A DNA stretch of 64,000 bases from Sedimentisphaerales bacterium. Its GTDB lineage: Bacteria > Planctomycetota > Phycisphaerae > Sedimentisphaerales > Anaerobacaceae. A program made the position numbers and the translations under genes. The notes beneath the pieces were generated by a model. It did not search any database, was not told where the DNA came from, and was given only the letters and a program-made list of their open reading frames with translations. The number at the start of each line of letters is the position of its first letter. Position 1 is the first letter of the stretch. The stretch is from assembly GCA_963708075.1 (NCBI GenBank), contig OY970194.1, forward strand, positions 1,088,001 to 1,152,000, read 5' to 3'. Below are positions 30,413 through 42,549 of the stretch, one piece after another.

Positions 30413-30536
30413 GAGATACGATATTCTCAGGTGTAATCGGGATAAGATGCCGACAGTAGATGGCCGGCAGTGGCAACTGACCGATCGCTGCATGTGTTCA
30501 GCTTTCTTCTGTGAGTCGGTAGGGTTTGGAGATGTG

Positions 30537-31391
30537 CTATTGACCGGCCTGAAGCATGGCTTTGAGCCGCTGCAACTCCCCGTCTTTCATGTGGTAGCTG
30601 TGCTCAGGGTTGGGGAACTTGCCGGACTTCACTTCCTCGGCGTACGCTCGCATAGCCTCAACAGCCTGGGTGCCTAACTGCCCATAAGCTTTTGTGAATT
30701 TGGGCAAACGCCCCCCTGAGAGCCCGAGGATGTCGGGAGCAATCAGGATCTGTCCATCGCAACCCGATCCTGAGCCACAACTGATCACGGGTACATCGGA
30801 CTGCTCCGTGATAGTCTGGGCAACCTCGGCAGCGGTGCCTTCAATTAGCAGGGCACCCGCACCTGCCTGAATCATCTGTCGAGCCAAAGCGATGAGCTCG
30901 ATCGCCATCTCCGCCGTCGTGGCCTCCGCGCGGAATCGGCCCATTGTGCTGATCCTCTGCGGACGGATTCCGATGTGCGCCATTACGGCGATGCCCGCAT
31001 CGGCAACGGCTTTGATCGTGTCCAATTGAGCGGCAGCAGCTTCGATCTTCACCATCTGGGCGCCGGACTCGACGAGGAACCGTCCTGCGTTTCGCACGGC
31101 CTCCGCAGTGCTGGTGTGATAAGATAGGAAGGGCATATCCGCGATCAGATAGACAGTTGGGGCCCCTCGGCGAACTGCGGCGGTGATTGTCACCATGAAA
31201 TCCATCGTCGCCGGCAACGTCGAATCGAAGCCGAGCATCAACTGAGCGGCGGAGTCGCCGACGAGAATGATCTCCACGGGGGCTTGCGAGACGATGCGGG
31301 CAGTTGTGTAATCATAGCAACTGACTGCGACGACGCGGCGGTGCTCCTGCTTGGCCAGCAACAAGTCTGTAATCGTGATGCGATTGTCCAT
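30537..31391 (-). CDS. panB: 3-methyl-2-oxobutanoate hydroxymethyltransferase
   Basis: YDYTTA, ILVGDS, ADMPFLSY, VKIE, AHIGIRPQ, CDGQIL. Confidence 0.95.
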   Translation of the reverse strand: MDNRITITDLLLAKQEHRRVVAVSCYDYTTARIVSQAPVEIILVGDSAAQLMLGFDSTLPATMDFMVTITAAVRRGAPTVYLIADMPFLSYHTSTAEAVRNAGRFLVESGAQMVKIEAAAAQLDTIKAVADAGIAVMAHIGIRPQRISTMGRFRAEATTAEMAIELIALARQMIQAGAGALLIEGTAAEVAQTITEQSDVPVISCGSGSGCDGQILIAPDILGLSGGRLPKFTKAYGQLGTQAVEAMRAYAEEVKSGKFPNPEHSYHMKDGELQRLKAMLQAGQ

Positions 31392-32119
31392 CCGTCAAAC
31401 GCCCAAAAATTAACAGCCTTTCCGTTACAATAGTAGAACAAAACACGCATTGCAAGCGTAAAATAGTCGTGTTAAGGGTCGAGAATGAGGCCATTGTCAG
31501 CCGGAGAGCGAGAAAAACTTGAGAATTTCGAAATTCGCTCTTGATTTTCGCTGGCAAAGACGTATTTTCGCAATATCTTCTGTTTTTGCTAAAGAATTGT
31601 CGGCCTATGAAACGATGAATGAAGTAGCAAGTGGTAATTGGATAACAGAAGCCTTTAAGGCAGACAAATAGCTTTTCATCACCCTCCTCCGAAGCCAGAT
31701 TCTTTAACAGGGATCTGGCTTTTTTACAGCCTCTTTCGATGTTAAAATGGGAAGCTGTCGGCATGAGCGGGTGATAGAGTGGGTAATCACGATAGCTGTG
31801 GAGGACTCCGATTTGCATCACGTACTTCTTTGGGTCCTCACTCTCTGCTCCGGCCCCGTTGCGGGGGTGTCTTGCAGTTCAGGTAGTTCTGTGTGCGTAG
31901 CGGGGCCACTGCTGCGTGGACCTGCATCTCCCATTCAACTCGGGTTATCGGTCGAATGTCGGCCGAGGCGGCCGGTTACGTGGGAGTTCGTGCGCTGGCA
32001 GTTCAGTGCGTTGTCCTATCATCCGATACAGTATGGGCAGACCTTGGCGCGCCGAGGCGGCCGGATGGATTACTCGAATGCAGGGCTGCTGGAGGAGCCT
32101 GACGCCATAAGGCAGAGCT

Positions 32120-32914
32120 ATGAAGACGATATCGATAGTCAACCAGAAAGGTGGTTGTGCCAAGACGACCACGGTGTTGAATCTCGCCGCGGCTTTTGCC
32201 CGGTCCGGGCAGCGGGTCCTGCTCGTGGACCTGGACCCCCAGGGGCATGCCACGATGGGGGCGGGCTTCAACCCGGATAACCTGGAGCGAACGATCTATG
32301 ACGCCCTGGTGAACCCGGGCGTGTCCTTGTCCTCCGTCATCGTTCACACCGAGATCGAGTGGTTCGACGTGGCGCCGAGCAACGTGAGCCTGGCGGGCAT
32401 CGAGGTCCAGTTGCGTGAGGCCATGGGCAAGCAACTGATCCTCGGCGAGCAGCTTCGACAGGTCGCCGACCACTACGACATCTGTCTCATCGACTGTGCC
32501 CCGTGGCTGGGGCTGCTCATGATCAACGCTCTTGTGGCAAGCACCGATGTCATCATCCCGATGCAGGCCCATTTCTACGCGTTCGAGGGCTTGAAGAGGC
32601 TGCTCGATACTACCCGCATGCTCAAAGAGCGATTCCAGCCTTGTTCCGCCAGGACGCTCGGCCTGCTCCTGACCTTCGTTGAAGATCGGCCTCTCTACAC
32701 ACGCAAGATTCAACTCAAGCTCCACGAGATGTTCGGCGACCTGATGTTCAATACGGTCATTCACAAGACCGTGAAGCTGGTGGAAGCCCCGGATACGGGC
32801 AGATCCATCTTCTCGTTTGCCCCGAACAGCAAGGCGGCTCTGGAATACCGGGCGCTGGCCGATGAAATCCTGGCTCGTCTGCGGACCGGCGAGCTGGCCG
32901 TCGCCGCGGTCTGA
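32120..32914 (+). CDS. ParA/Soj family ATPase (orphan)
   Basis: NQKGGCAKTTT, LVDLDPQGHAT, IDCAP, EAP..G. Confidence 0.9.
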   Translation: MKTISIVNQKGGCAKTTTVLNLAAAFARSGQRVLLVDLDPQGHATMGAGFNPDNLERTIYDALVNPGVSLSSVIVHTEIEWFDVAPSNVSLAGIEVQLREAMGKQLILGEQLRQVADHYDICLIDCAPWLGLLMINALVASTDVIIPMQAHFYAFEGLKRLLDTTRMLKERFQPCSARTLGLLLTFVEDRPLYTRKIQLKLHEMFGDLMFNTVIHKTVKLVEAPDTGRSIFSFAPNSKAALEYRALADEILARLRTGELAVAAV

Positions 32915-33059
32915 ACTGCCCCGGAGACTCTCTCGCTCATATCATCGGCGGCAAAGTCTCGCCGCAACGGTTGTCGCATGCCTCGACTTGCAGTATCATT
33001 GCCTGCGGTTTCTCTGCAATGGTGGAGAGCCTGGTGGAGATCTTTGGGAGTGTTGAATC

Positions 33060-33967
33060 ATGGTTCCTCAAATCACGTTGAGCAAGAACGGTCCATCGTG
33101 TTCGCGGCTTGTGCACGGGCTTTGGCGTCTGGCCGGATGGAATAAGAGCACGTCGCAGATTCGTGCCGCGATCGATTTATGTCTGGAGAACGGCATCACA
33201 ACGTTTGATCACGCCGACATCTATGGGGACTACACGTGCGAGGGGCTTTTCGGCGACGCTCTGGCCGCCGCCGCGGTGGACCGCTCACGCATCCAGATCG
33301 TGACCAAGTGCGGCATCAAACTCGTCTCGCAGAACAGGCCCGGCCACAGGATTAAGTCGTACGACACGAGCTGTTCGCATATCCTCGCTTCCGTTGACAA
33401 TTCCCTCAAATGCCTGCATACGGACTACATCGACCTGCTGCTGATTCACCGGCCCGATCCGCTCGTGGATCCCGAAGAGGTGAACCAGGCCTTCGTTATC
33501 TTGCGGGACAGCGGCAAAGTCCGGCACTTCGGCGTCTCCAACTTCCTGCCGTCCCAGTTTGAGACCCTCGCTGCCCGGCTGGAGGTGCCGCTGGTGACGA
33601 ACCAGATCGAGTATTCAGTGATGCATGTCGCGGCTCATGCCGATGGAACGATCGACCTGTGCCAGAAGCTGGCGATTCGTCCCATGGCTTGGTCCCCCCT
33701 TGGCGGCGGCAGACTATTCCATCAGGACTCCGGACAGGCCGGCGCGTTGCGCGAACCCTCGGCAGAATCGGCCGTCACGTGGGCGGCGCGTCCGTCGATC
33801 AGGTCGCCCTCGCCTGGGTGCTCCGGCATCCCGTGCAATTCGCCGTGGTGCTGGGCACAGGGAACCCCTCACGCATCAGCAAGGCGATCGAGGCGCTCGA
33901 TATCCCGCTGTCCCGAGAACAGTGGTTCGAGATCTGGCAAACCTCCACAGGCCGCGACGTGCCGTAG
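33060..33967 (+). CDS. Aldo/keto reductase, YdhF-like (frameshift near 33755, probably artefact)
   Basis: FDHADIYGDY, TKCGI, LIHRPDP, GVSNF, WSPLGGG; C-terminus QVALAWVLRHP is in the -1 frame. Confidence 0.88.
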
Positions 33968-34005
33968 GATCGCTGTGTTCGATTTGGATTGAGCATCTTT
34001 CCTTC

Positions 34006-34101
34006 CGGGTGGCATCGGCAAGCGCAGTCTTCGGAGCTTGCCGATGGTGTCCGGGCATAGATACGAGCCCTCGGCAAGCCGGCGCTTGCCGATGCCACCC
34101 G
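34006..34101. repeat. CGGGTGGCA-type palindromic repeat element
   Basis: CGGGTGGCATCGGCAAGC...GCTTGCCGATGCCACCCG. Confidence 0.75.
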
Positions 34102-34123
34102 CCGCTTTAGCCTATTTGGAGCA

Positions 34124-35083
34124 CTAGTGATGTGCGATGGGACTGGAAAGGATGTAGTCGAGCACTTCGCTGAGCCTGGCGGTGGCGACGGCGACGGTGG
34201 AGTCCGCCGCTCCATAGTAGAGGCGCAGCTCATCTGTTTCCTTGTACACGATGGCGCCCGTCGGAAATACGACATCGGCCACGTCGCCCACCCGCTCGTA
34301 GTAAGCTTGTGGTCCCAGGACCCACTCGGCGCTGCGGCGCAGCAGTTTCCACGGCTGGTTGAGGTCGGCCAGCGCCACGCCGACGCGGTAGATCTGCCCG
34401 GCAGTCGTCAGGCGAACGCCGTGATAGAAGATCAACCAACCCTCGGGCGTCTCGATCGGCTGGCAGGCCAGGCCGACGCGATGAGTGTCCCAGTAGGCCG
34501 GCCGGGTGTGGATGAGCAGTTGATGGTCGCCCCAGTGTTTCAGGTCCGGCGACAGGCTCAGCCAGATGTGGGCCTCGCCGCGAACGATAGGGCGGTGAAT
34601 CAGCGCGAAGCGGCCGTCGAATCGCCGCGGGAACAGGCAGGCATCCTTGTCCTCCGGCGGCAGCAGTGCACCCATGCGTGCGAAGGTCTTGAAGTTCTTG
34701 GTAATCGCCAGCGACACGAGCGGCCCGCCTTCGCTGAACGATACATAGGTGACGGCGAATTCCTTCTGCTCCTCCAGCCAGACGATGCGGGCGTCCTCCA
34801 CGCCCCAGCGTTCCTCGTTTGACTGAGGATCGGCGGTGAATGTCGGCTCCGCATCGATCTGCCAGTCGGTGAAGCCATTGGGGCTTCGCGCCATGGTCAG
34901 GTGGGAGGACCCTCGCATATCCTCGACCCTTACCAGCAGCAGCGTCTCGTTTCCGAGCCTGGTCGCCGCCGGATTGAACACGGCGTTGGCCGGATACGGC
35001 CAGTCCTGCGGCTTCAGCACGGGATTGCCGTCAAACCGCCTGAACAGATCGTGCGCCTTCTTCTCTCTTTCCTGCTGCGACAT
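34124..35083 (-). CDS. Glycoside hydrolase family 130 (mannoside phosphorylase-like)
   Basis: AVFNPAA, GVEDARI, DKDACLFP, LIHRP, YHGV, VVFPTG, YYGAADS. Confidence 0.9.
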   Translation of the reverse strand: MSQQEREKKAHDLFRRFDGNPVLKPQDWPYPANAVFNPAATRLGNETLLLVRVEDMRGSSHLTMARSPNGFTDWQIDAEPTFTADPQSNEERWGVEDARIVWLEEQKEFAVTYVSFSEGGPLVSLAITKNFKTFARMGALLPPEDKDACLFPRRFDGRFALIHRPIVRGEAHIWLSLSPDLKHWGDHQLLIHTRPAYWDTHRVGLACQPIETPEGWLIFYHGVRLTTAGQIYRVGVALADLNQPWKLLRRSAEWVLGPQAYYERVGDVADVVFPTGAIVYKETDELRLYYGAADSTVAVATARLSEVLDYILSSPIAHH

Positions 35084-35244
35084 TGCCTGCGCCCTGAATC
35101 ATCTGCAACGCACGGCACCGGATCCCTGCCTGAGTGGTCACAGATGCTCTCTGTCAGACTATAGAGCGGAGAGCGGCGCAGAGTTCACAGAATCGGCCGG
35201 CGTAAAGAGAATGAGCAGATGCCTTATGGGGCAGAGCCCGCCGG

Positions 35245-37449
35245 CTATGCCTGGATCAACTGTGTCTCATATAACCGTTGGTAAACTGGACAGGTCTGCA
35301 TCAACTGCTCGTGGTGGCCCTGGGCAATGATCCGCCCGCCGTTCATAACCACGATCACATCGGCCGAGATCACCGTGCTGAAGCGGTGGGCGATGACGAA
35401 AGTGGTTCGGCCCCGCATGACCTCTTCAATGGCCTGGTGAATCTTGGCCTCGCTGTCCGCGTCCACCTGGCTCGTCGCTTCATCGAAGATCAGGATGGCT
35501 GGATTTTTCAGAATGGCCCGCGCGATGATGATCCTCTGCAACTGTCCGCCGCTGAGCCCGGTGCTGTGCTCGCCGATGATGGTGTTGTAGCCGTCGGGCA
35601 TCTGGGAAATGAACTCATGGGCGAACGCGCGCTTCGCGGCGTCGACGATCTCTTCCTGCGTGGCGCCGTGGCGTCCGTAGCCGATGTTGGCGGAAATCGT
35701 GTCATTGAAGGTGATCACGTCCTGCGTGACCATTCCGATCTGCGCACGCAGGCTCTCTATGGTGACGTCGCCGATGTCGTGGCCGTCCATGAGGATTCTG
35801 CCGGAGTCCGGATCGAAGAACCGCGGCAGCAGGTTTATCAGAGTGGTCTTGCCCGAGCCATTGGGGCCGACGACCGCTACATTGTGGCCCGCGGTCACGT
35901 TCAGGTTCACCCCCGCCAGGGCAGGCTGCTCAGCGCCGGGATAGGTGAAGACGATATCACGGAATTCTACGTTGCCGCGGACCGGCGGCAGGGTGGCTGC
36001 GTCGGGCTTCTGAAATTCCAGCGGCTGCTCCATGACGGCGAAGACTCTCTCCGCCGCCGCATTGGCCTGTTGAATCCTGTTCCAGATATCACTGGTTTTT
36101 CGCACGGATTCGGCCGAGGCGCCCAGCATAGCGAGCAGGGCCAGGAATTCGGGACCGTCCAGACCGCCGCCCAGCACCCAGCTCATACCCAAGACGATGG
36201 CCCCCGCGCCGGCCAGAATGCCGAAGACTTCCAGGACAGGGCTGGTGGCTGCCTCCACCTTCGACATGCGAAGCAGTTGCTTGAGCAGGCGGTCGTTGAT
36301 CCCCTTGAATAGCTGCTGCTCATGCCCCTGACGGTTGTACACCTTCACGACGCGCAGCCCCACCATCGCTTCCTGCAGTTTCGCCAGCATTTCGGAGCCG
36401 GCCACGAGAGAGCGGCGGGTCGCCTTTTTCATTTTTGAGCCGAAGGTGGCCAGTGCGGCCAGCACAAACGGCGCTCCGCACAGGAACACAAGGGTAAGCT
36501 GCCAGTTCAACATGATGGCCGCGGCGGTCAGGGCCAGTGCAATCATGGGCTCTCGCAGACCCTTGCCGAGCAGCACTTTGATCGCACCGCCCAGGATGGT
36601 TGTGTCACGAATAAGCCGGCTGATCGCATCGCTTGGCCGTTCCCGGGCAAAGGCGCTCATCGGCATGTTGGTTACGTGGGCGAAGACGTCCTCCCGGAGA
36701 TGATTGACCGCCACCTGCACGATCTTCTCGCCCAGATAGTCCTGGTAGAACTTGGCTATGCACCGGATGATGGTGACGACGACCATCACCATCATGATGA
36801 TAGCGACCGCTCGGATCTGGTTTGCCGGCGTCTGCTCGCGGGGCAGGAGGCTCACGACTCGTCGCGCAACCCGAAGACCGGCGAGACTGACTCGCCACTG
36901 CAACGTCCGGAACACACCCCAGTTCAGGTCCTTGATGTAGGCAGCGTTGCGCGGCGTCGCCACATCGATTCTTTGGACCGCTGATGCACCCTGCTCCAGG
37001 GGACGCACCAGCTCAATGGATACTGTCTCGCCTGGCGCACTGGCCAACTCAAGGAGCAAGCGTGTGTACGGGACCTGCGATTCCGGCCCATCGCCTGACA
37101 CATCGTTGACATCGATGATCTGATCGTTCGGCCGAATACCGGCCTTTTTCGCAAGTCCATTCTTCTCCACATGAGTGACCAGGAGACGATGACGCAAGGA
37201 GGATCCCGATGTATCCGCCAGATTGGCCACGTTCGGGGTACTGAATCGTAACCCGTACTGGCGCTCGCAGGCGTTTCGGTCCACCCATCCGTGAAGGCCC
37301 TCGCCGCCCATCATCACCGTCAGCAAGGGGATGATCGTCATGAAGCTGATGGACAGCAGCAGGCCGATGGCCAATGCGCTGACAACGACAGCGATGACGC
37401 GGGGCCACTGCGGCCATACATAGCGAAACACCTGCCAGAAGGCTTTCAT
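35245..37449 (-). CDS. MsbA-like ABC exporter with a PDZ-like insertion
   Basis: GPNGSGKT, LSGGQ, IFDEATS, IAHR; six TM segments; HVEKNGLAKKAGIRPNDQIIDVN after TM1. Confidence 0.88.
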   Translation of the reverse strand: MKAFWQVFRYVWPQWPRVIAVVVSALAIGLLLSISFMTIIPLLTVMMGGEGLHGWVDRNACERQYGLRFSTPNVANLADTSGSSLRHRLLVTHVEKNGLAKKAGIRPNDQIIDVNDVSGDGPESQVPYTRLLLELASAPGETVSIELVRPLEQGASAVQRIDVATPRNAAYIKDLNWGVFRTLQWRVSLAGLRVARRVVSLLPREQTPANQIRAVAIIMMVMVVVTIIRCIAKFYQDYLGEKIVQVAVNHLREDVFAHVTNMPMSAFARERPSDAISRLIRDTTILGGAIKVLLGKGLREPMIALALTAAAIMLNWQLTLVFLCGAPFVLAALATFGSKMKKATRRSLVAGSEMLAKLQEAMVGLRVVKVYNRQGHEQQLFKGINDRLLKQLLRMSKVEAATSPVLEVFGILAGAGAIVLGMSWVLGGGLDGPEFLALLAMLGASAESVRKTSDIWNRIQQANAAAERVFAVMEQPLEFQKPDAATLPPVRGNVEFRDIVFTYPGAEQPALAGVNLNVTAGHNVAVVGPNGSGKTTLINLLPRFFDPDSGRILMDGHDIGDVTIESLRAQIGMVTQDVITFNDTISANIGYGRHGATQEEIVDAAKRAFAHEFISQMPDGYNTIIGEHSTGLSGGQLQRIIIARAILKNPAILIFDEATSQVDADSEAKIHQAIEEVMRGRTTFVIAHRFSTVISADVIVVMNGGRIIAQGHHEQLMQTCPVYQRLYETQLIQA

Positions 37450-37651
37450 CGCAGCGAAGCTCTCCAACCAATAACTATTGTTCCAAGCCGTCTTTCGGCG
37501 CGTCACCGGAACGTCGGGCAACCCGCACAGCAGGTGGGGGACGGCCGGTCCGTGGACAGTCCGCGCACACTAACAGACTCGCGTCGCGCGGTCAAGTCTA
37601 AAGACCGCCGATCAGCGTGAAGAGGTTTGTGCACAGAGTGCCGCGAGGCCG

Positions 37652-39124
37652 TCAGTACTTCCTGCGGAAGCGGGCCGTGGGAATGTTCATGAGCTTGCGG
37701 TATTTTGCGACCGTTCGCCGGGCCAGGTTGGAGATGCCGGCCTCAGCCAGCTTCTTGCGAATCTCATCGTCGTTGAGCGGCCCGGTCTTGTCTTCCTCAT
37801 CGATGATCTGCTGCAACTTGGCGCGGATCGCCTCCCAACTATGAGCTTCGCCGCTCGCGTCTTCCATGCCGCCACTGAAGAATTTTCGCAGCGGCAGGAT
37901 GCCCCAGGCACATTGCAGATACTTGCCCGAGACCGCCCGCGAGACGGTGGCCAGATGCACGCCCACCTCGTCGGCGATTTTGGACATGGGCAGCGGCCGC
38001 AGGTGAAGGGGTCCTTGCTCGAAGAAGCCTCGCTGGTGCCTGACGATGGCCTGGGAGACCCTGAGAAGGGTGATTCTTCGCTGTTCGATAGCCTCCATGA
38101 TCCACGCGGCTGAGCGGATATTGTGCTGCAGGAATTTTCGGGTCTTCTCGGCGACCTGTCGATCCTTGGCCATGTCCATGTACTGCTGGTTGAGTCGCAG
38201 CCCCGGCAGGTGGGCATCGGCCAGGCGGACGACGAACTCGTCCGAGCCGTTGGACGACTCGACGATGACGTCCGGCGTGATCGGGATATTCTCGTTGCGC
38301 CCGACCTGCAGGCCGGGGGACAGGTCCAGCTTGCCCAGTCGCTCGATGGCTTGGCGGACTCGCTCGATACTGCACTCCATCTTCCTGGCGATGTCCGGCA
38401 GCCGATTTTCCAGCAGGGCGTCCATGTGGTCGCCGATGAGCCGGTACTCGAAGGCAAGGTCCTTGTTGCTCTGGGCCATCTGGATGAGGAGGCACTCCCT
38501 CAGGTCGCGTGCCCCGACGCCGGGCGGGTCCAGTTGCTGCACGAGTTGCAACGCTTCTTTCAGATGCTCGGGCGTGAAATCCGTGCTGTCTTTCGTGTGC
38601 AGTTGCTCCAGCGGGACCGTCAGGTATCCCCGGTTGTCGATGAAGTCGATGATCGCAACACCGGCCTTTCTCACCGGCTCGTCCACGTCCATCAGGCGCC
38701 ACTGCTCGACAAGATAATCGTGCAGCGACTGCGGGGGGGCCGCCGTGTTCTTGATCGCCTCCAGCTTGCGGTCTTTCTCCTCGCTGTACCGGCGGCTGTA
38801 GTACGGGCCGGACTGGTCGAGAAAGTCTTTGAAGTCGTCATCGAGGTTGTCCAGCCGCTTGAAATCCTCCGCCTGGTTCTCGCTATTCACGACAAGGGTC
38901 TTCTCTGCGTCGTCGCTTTCCACAGGCGCCGCTTCCGGCGTCTCGGCTTCATCTGCGTCCGAAGACTCCTCCAGTTCGAGGACGGGATTGCTGTTGAGCT
39001 CCTGTTCGATGCGCTCCTGCAGAGCCAGAAGGGGGAGCTGGAGAATCTCCATGGACTGGATCATATGCGGAGCCAGCTTCATACGCTGCTCCATTCGCAT
39101 CTGTCCTGTCATCTCCAGCTTCAT
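37652..39124 (-). CDS. rpoN: RNA polymerase sigma-54 factor
   Basis: QSMEILQLP, DPPGVGARDLRECL, TVSRA, RpoN box ARRTVAKYR. Confidence 0.97.
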   Translation of the reverse strand: MKLEMTGQMRMEQRMKLAPHMIQSMEILQLPLLALQERIEQELNSNPVLELEESSDADEAETPEAAPVESDDAEKTLVVNSENQAEDFKRLDNLDDDFKDFLDQSGPYYSRRYSEEKDRKLEAIKNTAAPPQSLHDYLVEQWRLMDVDEPVRKAGVAIIDFIDNRGYLTVPLEQLHTKDSTDFTPEHLKEALQLVQQLDPPGVGARDLRECLLIQMAQSNKDLAFEYRLIGDHMDALLENRLPDIARKMECSIERVRQAIERLGKLDLSPGLQVGRNENIPITPDVIVESSNGSDEFVVRLADAHLPGLRLNQQYMDMAKDRQVAEKTRKFLQHNIRSAAWIMEAIEQRRITLLRVSQAIVRHQRGFFEQGPLHLRPLPMSKIADEVGVHLATVSRAVSGKYLQCAWGILPLRKFFSGGMEDASGEAHSWEAIRAKLQQIIDEEDKTGPLNDDEIRKKLAEAGISNLARRTVAKYRKLMNIPTARFRRKY

Positions 39125-39245
39125 CGAGACACCTTCATGCACTCCAACTACGGGCTGCCATACTGCTGGCGCGAGTCTATCATAGCCTCGACAAGGATTT
39201 CGTCAACACGAGCGTCTCGCTTCAGTGGATTCCGCCCATCCGGTG

Positions 39246-39851
39246 CTACTCGATTTCCTGTCTGCCGAGGATGGCGTCCGTGAGGATTCTTCCGCTGGCG
39301 TACTCGATGGTGCTTCCGGTGGGCAGGCCGCGCGCCAGGCGCGTGATCTTCACCCCCAGAGGTCTCAATAACGAGCCGAGATACAGCGACGTGCCGTCCC
39401 CTTCGAGATTGGGGTTCGTGGCCATGACGATCTCTTTGACCTCGCCGCCGCGGACCCGCTCGACGAGCTTGTCAACGGTCAAGTCGCTCGCGTCGATCCC
39501 TTCCAGAGGCGCGATGTGTCCGCCGAGGACGTGGTAGAGCCACTTGCACGCCCCGGTCTTCTCCAGGGAGATGACATCCTTCGGCTGCTCGACGACGCAG
39601 ATCAGGCTCCTGTCTCGCCGGGTGTCGGCGCAGATCTGGCAGACATCCCCCTCGGACAGGTTGCAGCAAGTCTTGCATCGCTGGATTTTGGTCTTGACGT
39701 TCCGTATGGCGTCGGCCAGGGCCATCGCCTCCGGAGCATCGGCTTTGAGGATGTGGAAGGCCAGGCGCTCTGCCGTCTTCGGTCCGATCCCCGGCAGTCT
39801 TCCGAACTCTTCGATCAGTTTATTCAATGTCGCTGTATATGCACTGCTCAT
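39246..39851 (-). CDS. recR: Recombination protein RecR
   Basis: LPGIGPKTAERLAF, C4 zinc finger, ATNPNLEGDGT, ITRLARGLPTG. Confidence 0.97.
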   Translation of the reverse strand: MSSAYTATLNKLIEEFGRLPGIGPKTAERLAFHILKADAPEAMALADAIRNVKTKIQRCKTCCNLSEGDVCQICADTRRDRSLICVVEQPKDVISLEKTGACKWLYHVLGGHIAPLEGIDASDLTVDKLVERVRGGEVKEIVMATNPNLEGDGTSLYLGSLLRPLGVKITRLARGLPTGSTIEYASGRILTDAILGRQEIE

Positions 39852-39881
39852 AGCTAAGGTAATCTATTCCTGTACTTCCCG

Positions 39882-41585
<1,704 letters not shown>

Positions 41586-41611
41586 CAGATCTATGAACTA
41601 TGAATTATCAT

Positions 41612-41971
41612 CTATGATTTGCGACTGCCCTGGGTCGTGTGCCTTGAAGCAATGAAGATCGACTTCAACTCCTCACCTTCAGCAAGTAGCGGGCCGACCC
41701 GCTTCTTGGCCAAGAGGGCCTCATCTGTGATGAACTCCATCCAGAAGCATGACTCATCAACTTCTTCGATTACTATCCTGAGTTTGGCGATCCAGGCAGC
41801 TTTTGACTGTGCGACGCAAGCCGCCCGGTGGTTTGCTGCTGCCCCGGTCGAACTCCGGATCAACTGTCCACGAATATGCCGCCCGAGTGGCGTTTCGGGC
41901 AAAGCCAGTGCCAGTCTCACACACCGATGAGCGAACTCCTTGAGCCTTTCCAGCAGTTACCGCCGGTCCAC
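41612..41971 (-). pseudogene. Four-helix-bundle (IVP/TIGR02436-type) gene with a premature TAA at codon 5
   Basis: RBS then GTG GAC CGG CGG TAA CTG..; QLIRSSTGAAANHRAA..AQSKA.WIAKL.IVIEEVDES.FW. Confidence 0.8.
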
Positions 41972-42031
41972 GGTCCTCCCCTCCGACCCAAATCATAAAT
42001 CATCAATCATAGATCATAGATGAAAAAAGAT

Positions 42032-42129
42032 CGGCCGGGTTGCCCCACACACAACCAAGCGTCCGCTTATGGCTGCTCGGTTCCCCGCCTGACCAGGTTC
42101 ACGGGCTCGGCTTGCATGGGACCCGGCCG
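42032..42129 (-). ncRNA. ffs: Signal recognition particle RNA (small bacterial type)
   Basis: Minus strand reads GGCCGGGT...GTGAACCTGGTCAGGCGGGGAACCGAGCAGCCATAAGC...ACCCGGCC; usual position upstream of dnaX. Confidence 0.92.
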
Positions 42130-42358
42130 GTAAATCACGACCTGCTATTTACGAGTCAAAGAGCACTCCAACCACCAACGGCCCCACTATAGCACAGTGG
42201 CCGCCGGTTTTCCACCAAGATTTTGGGTTTTCTTGTTCCTATCCCCGTCCCACATTATACGACCATCCCCCAACCCCAGTTCAGCCACAGGACCGGCCGG
42301 CATTCGTCCGGACTACAGGCAGTGTCGTCGGCAATCGCTGGCGGATTCGGGACTCAGC

Positions 42359-42460
42359 GTAGGACGAGCGTCCTCGCTCGTCCCTCTTGGGCTGGAGCCT
42401 TGTACAGTATCGAGTCCACCACAAGTGTCCGAAATGGTCGTGCGGGGACGCGCGACCTAC
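42359..42460. repeat. Pair of GTAG-type REP palindromes
   Basis: GTAGGACGAGCGTCCTCGCTCGTCCC and GGTCGTGCGGGGACGCGCGACCTAC. Confidence 0.75.
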
Positions 42461-42549
42461 AACGAGCCTCGCCGATTACCACCATATTCCGACCGCACCC
42501 GCTACAGGCGGACCTCCCTTCGGTGCCCCCAGGTCGGTCTGGCGTTTCT

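Noticed and set aside
31392..32119. Replication origin
   Set aside because: AT-rich, but I found no cluster of TTATCCACA-like DnaA boxes and no dnaA, dnaN or parB nearby.
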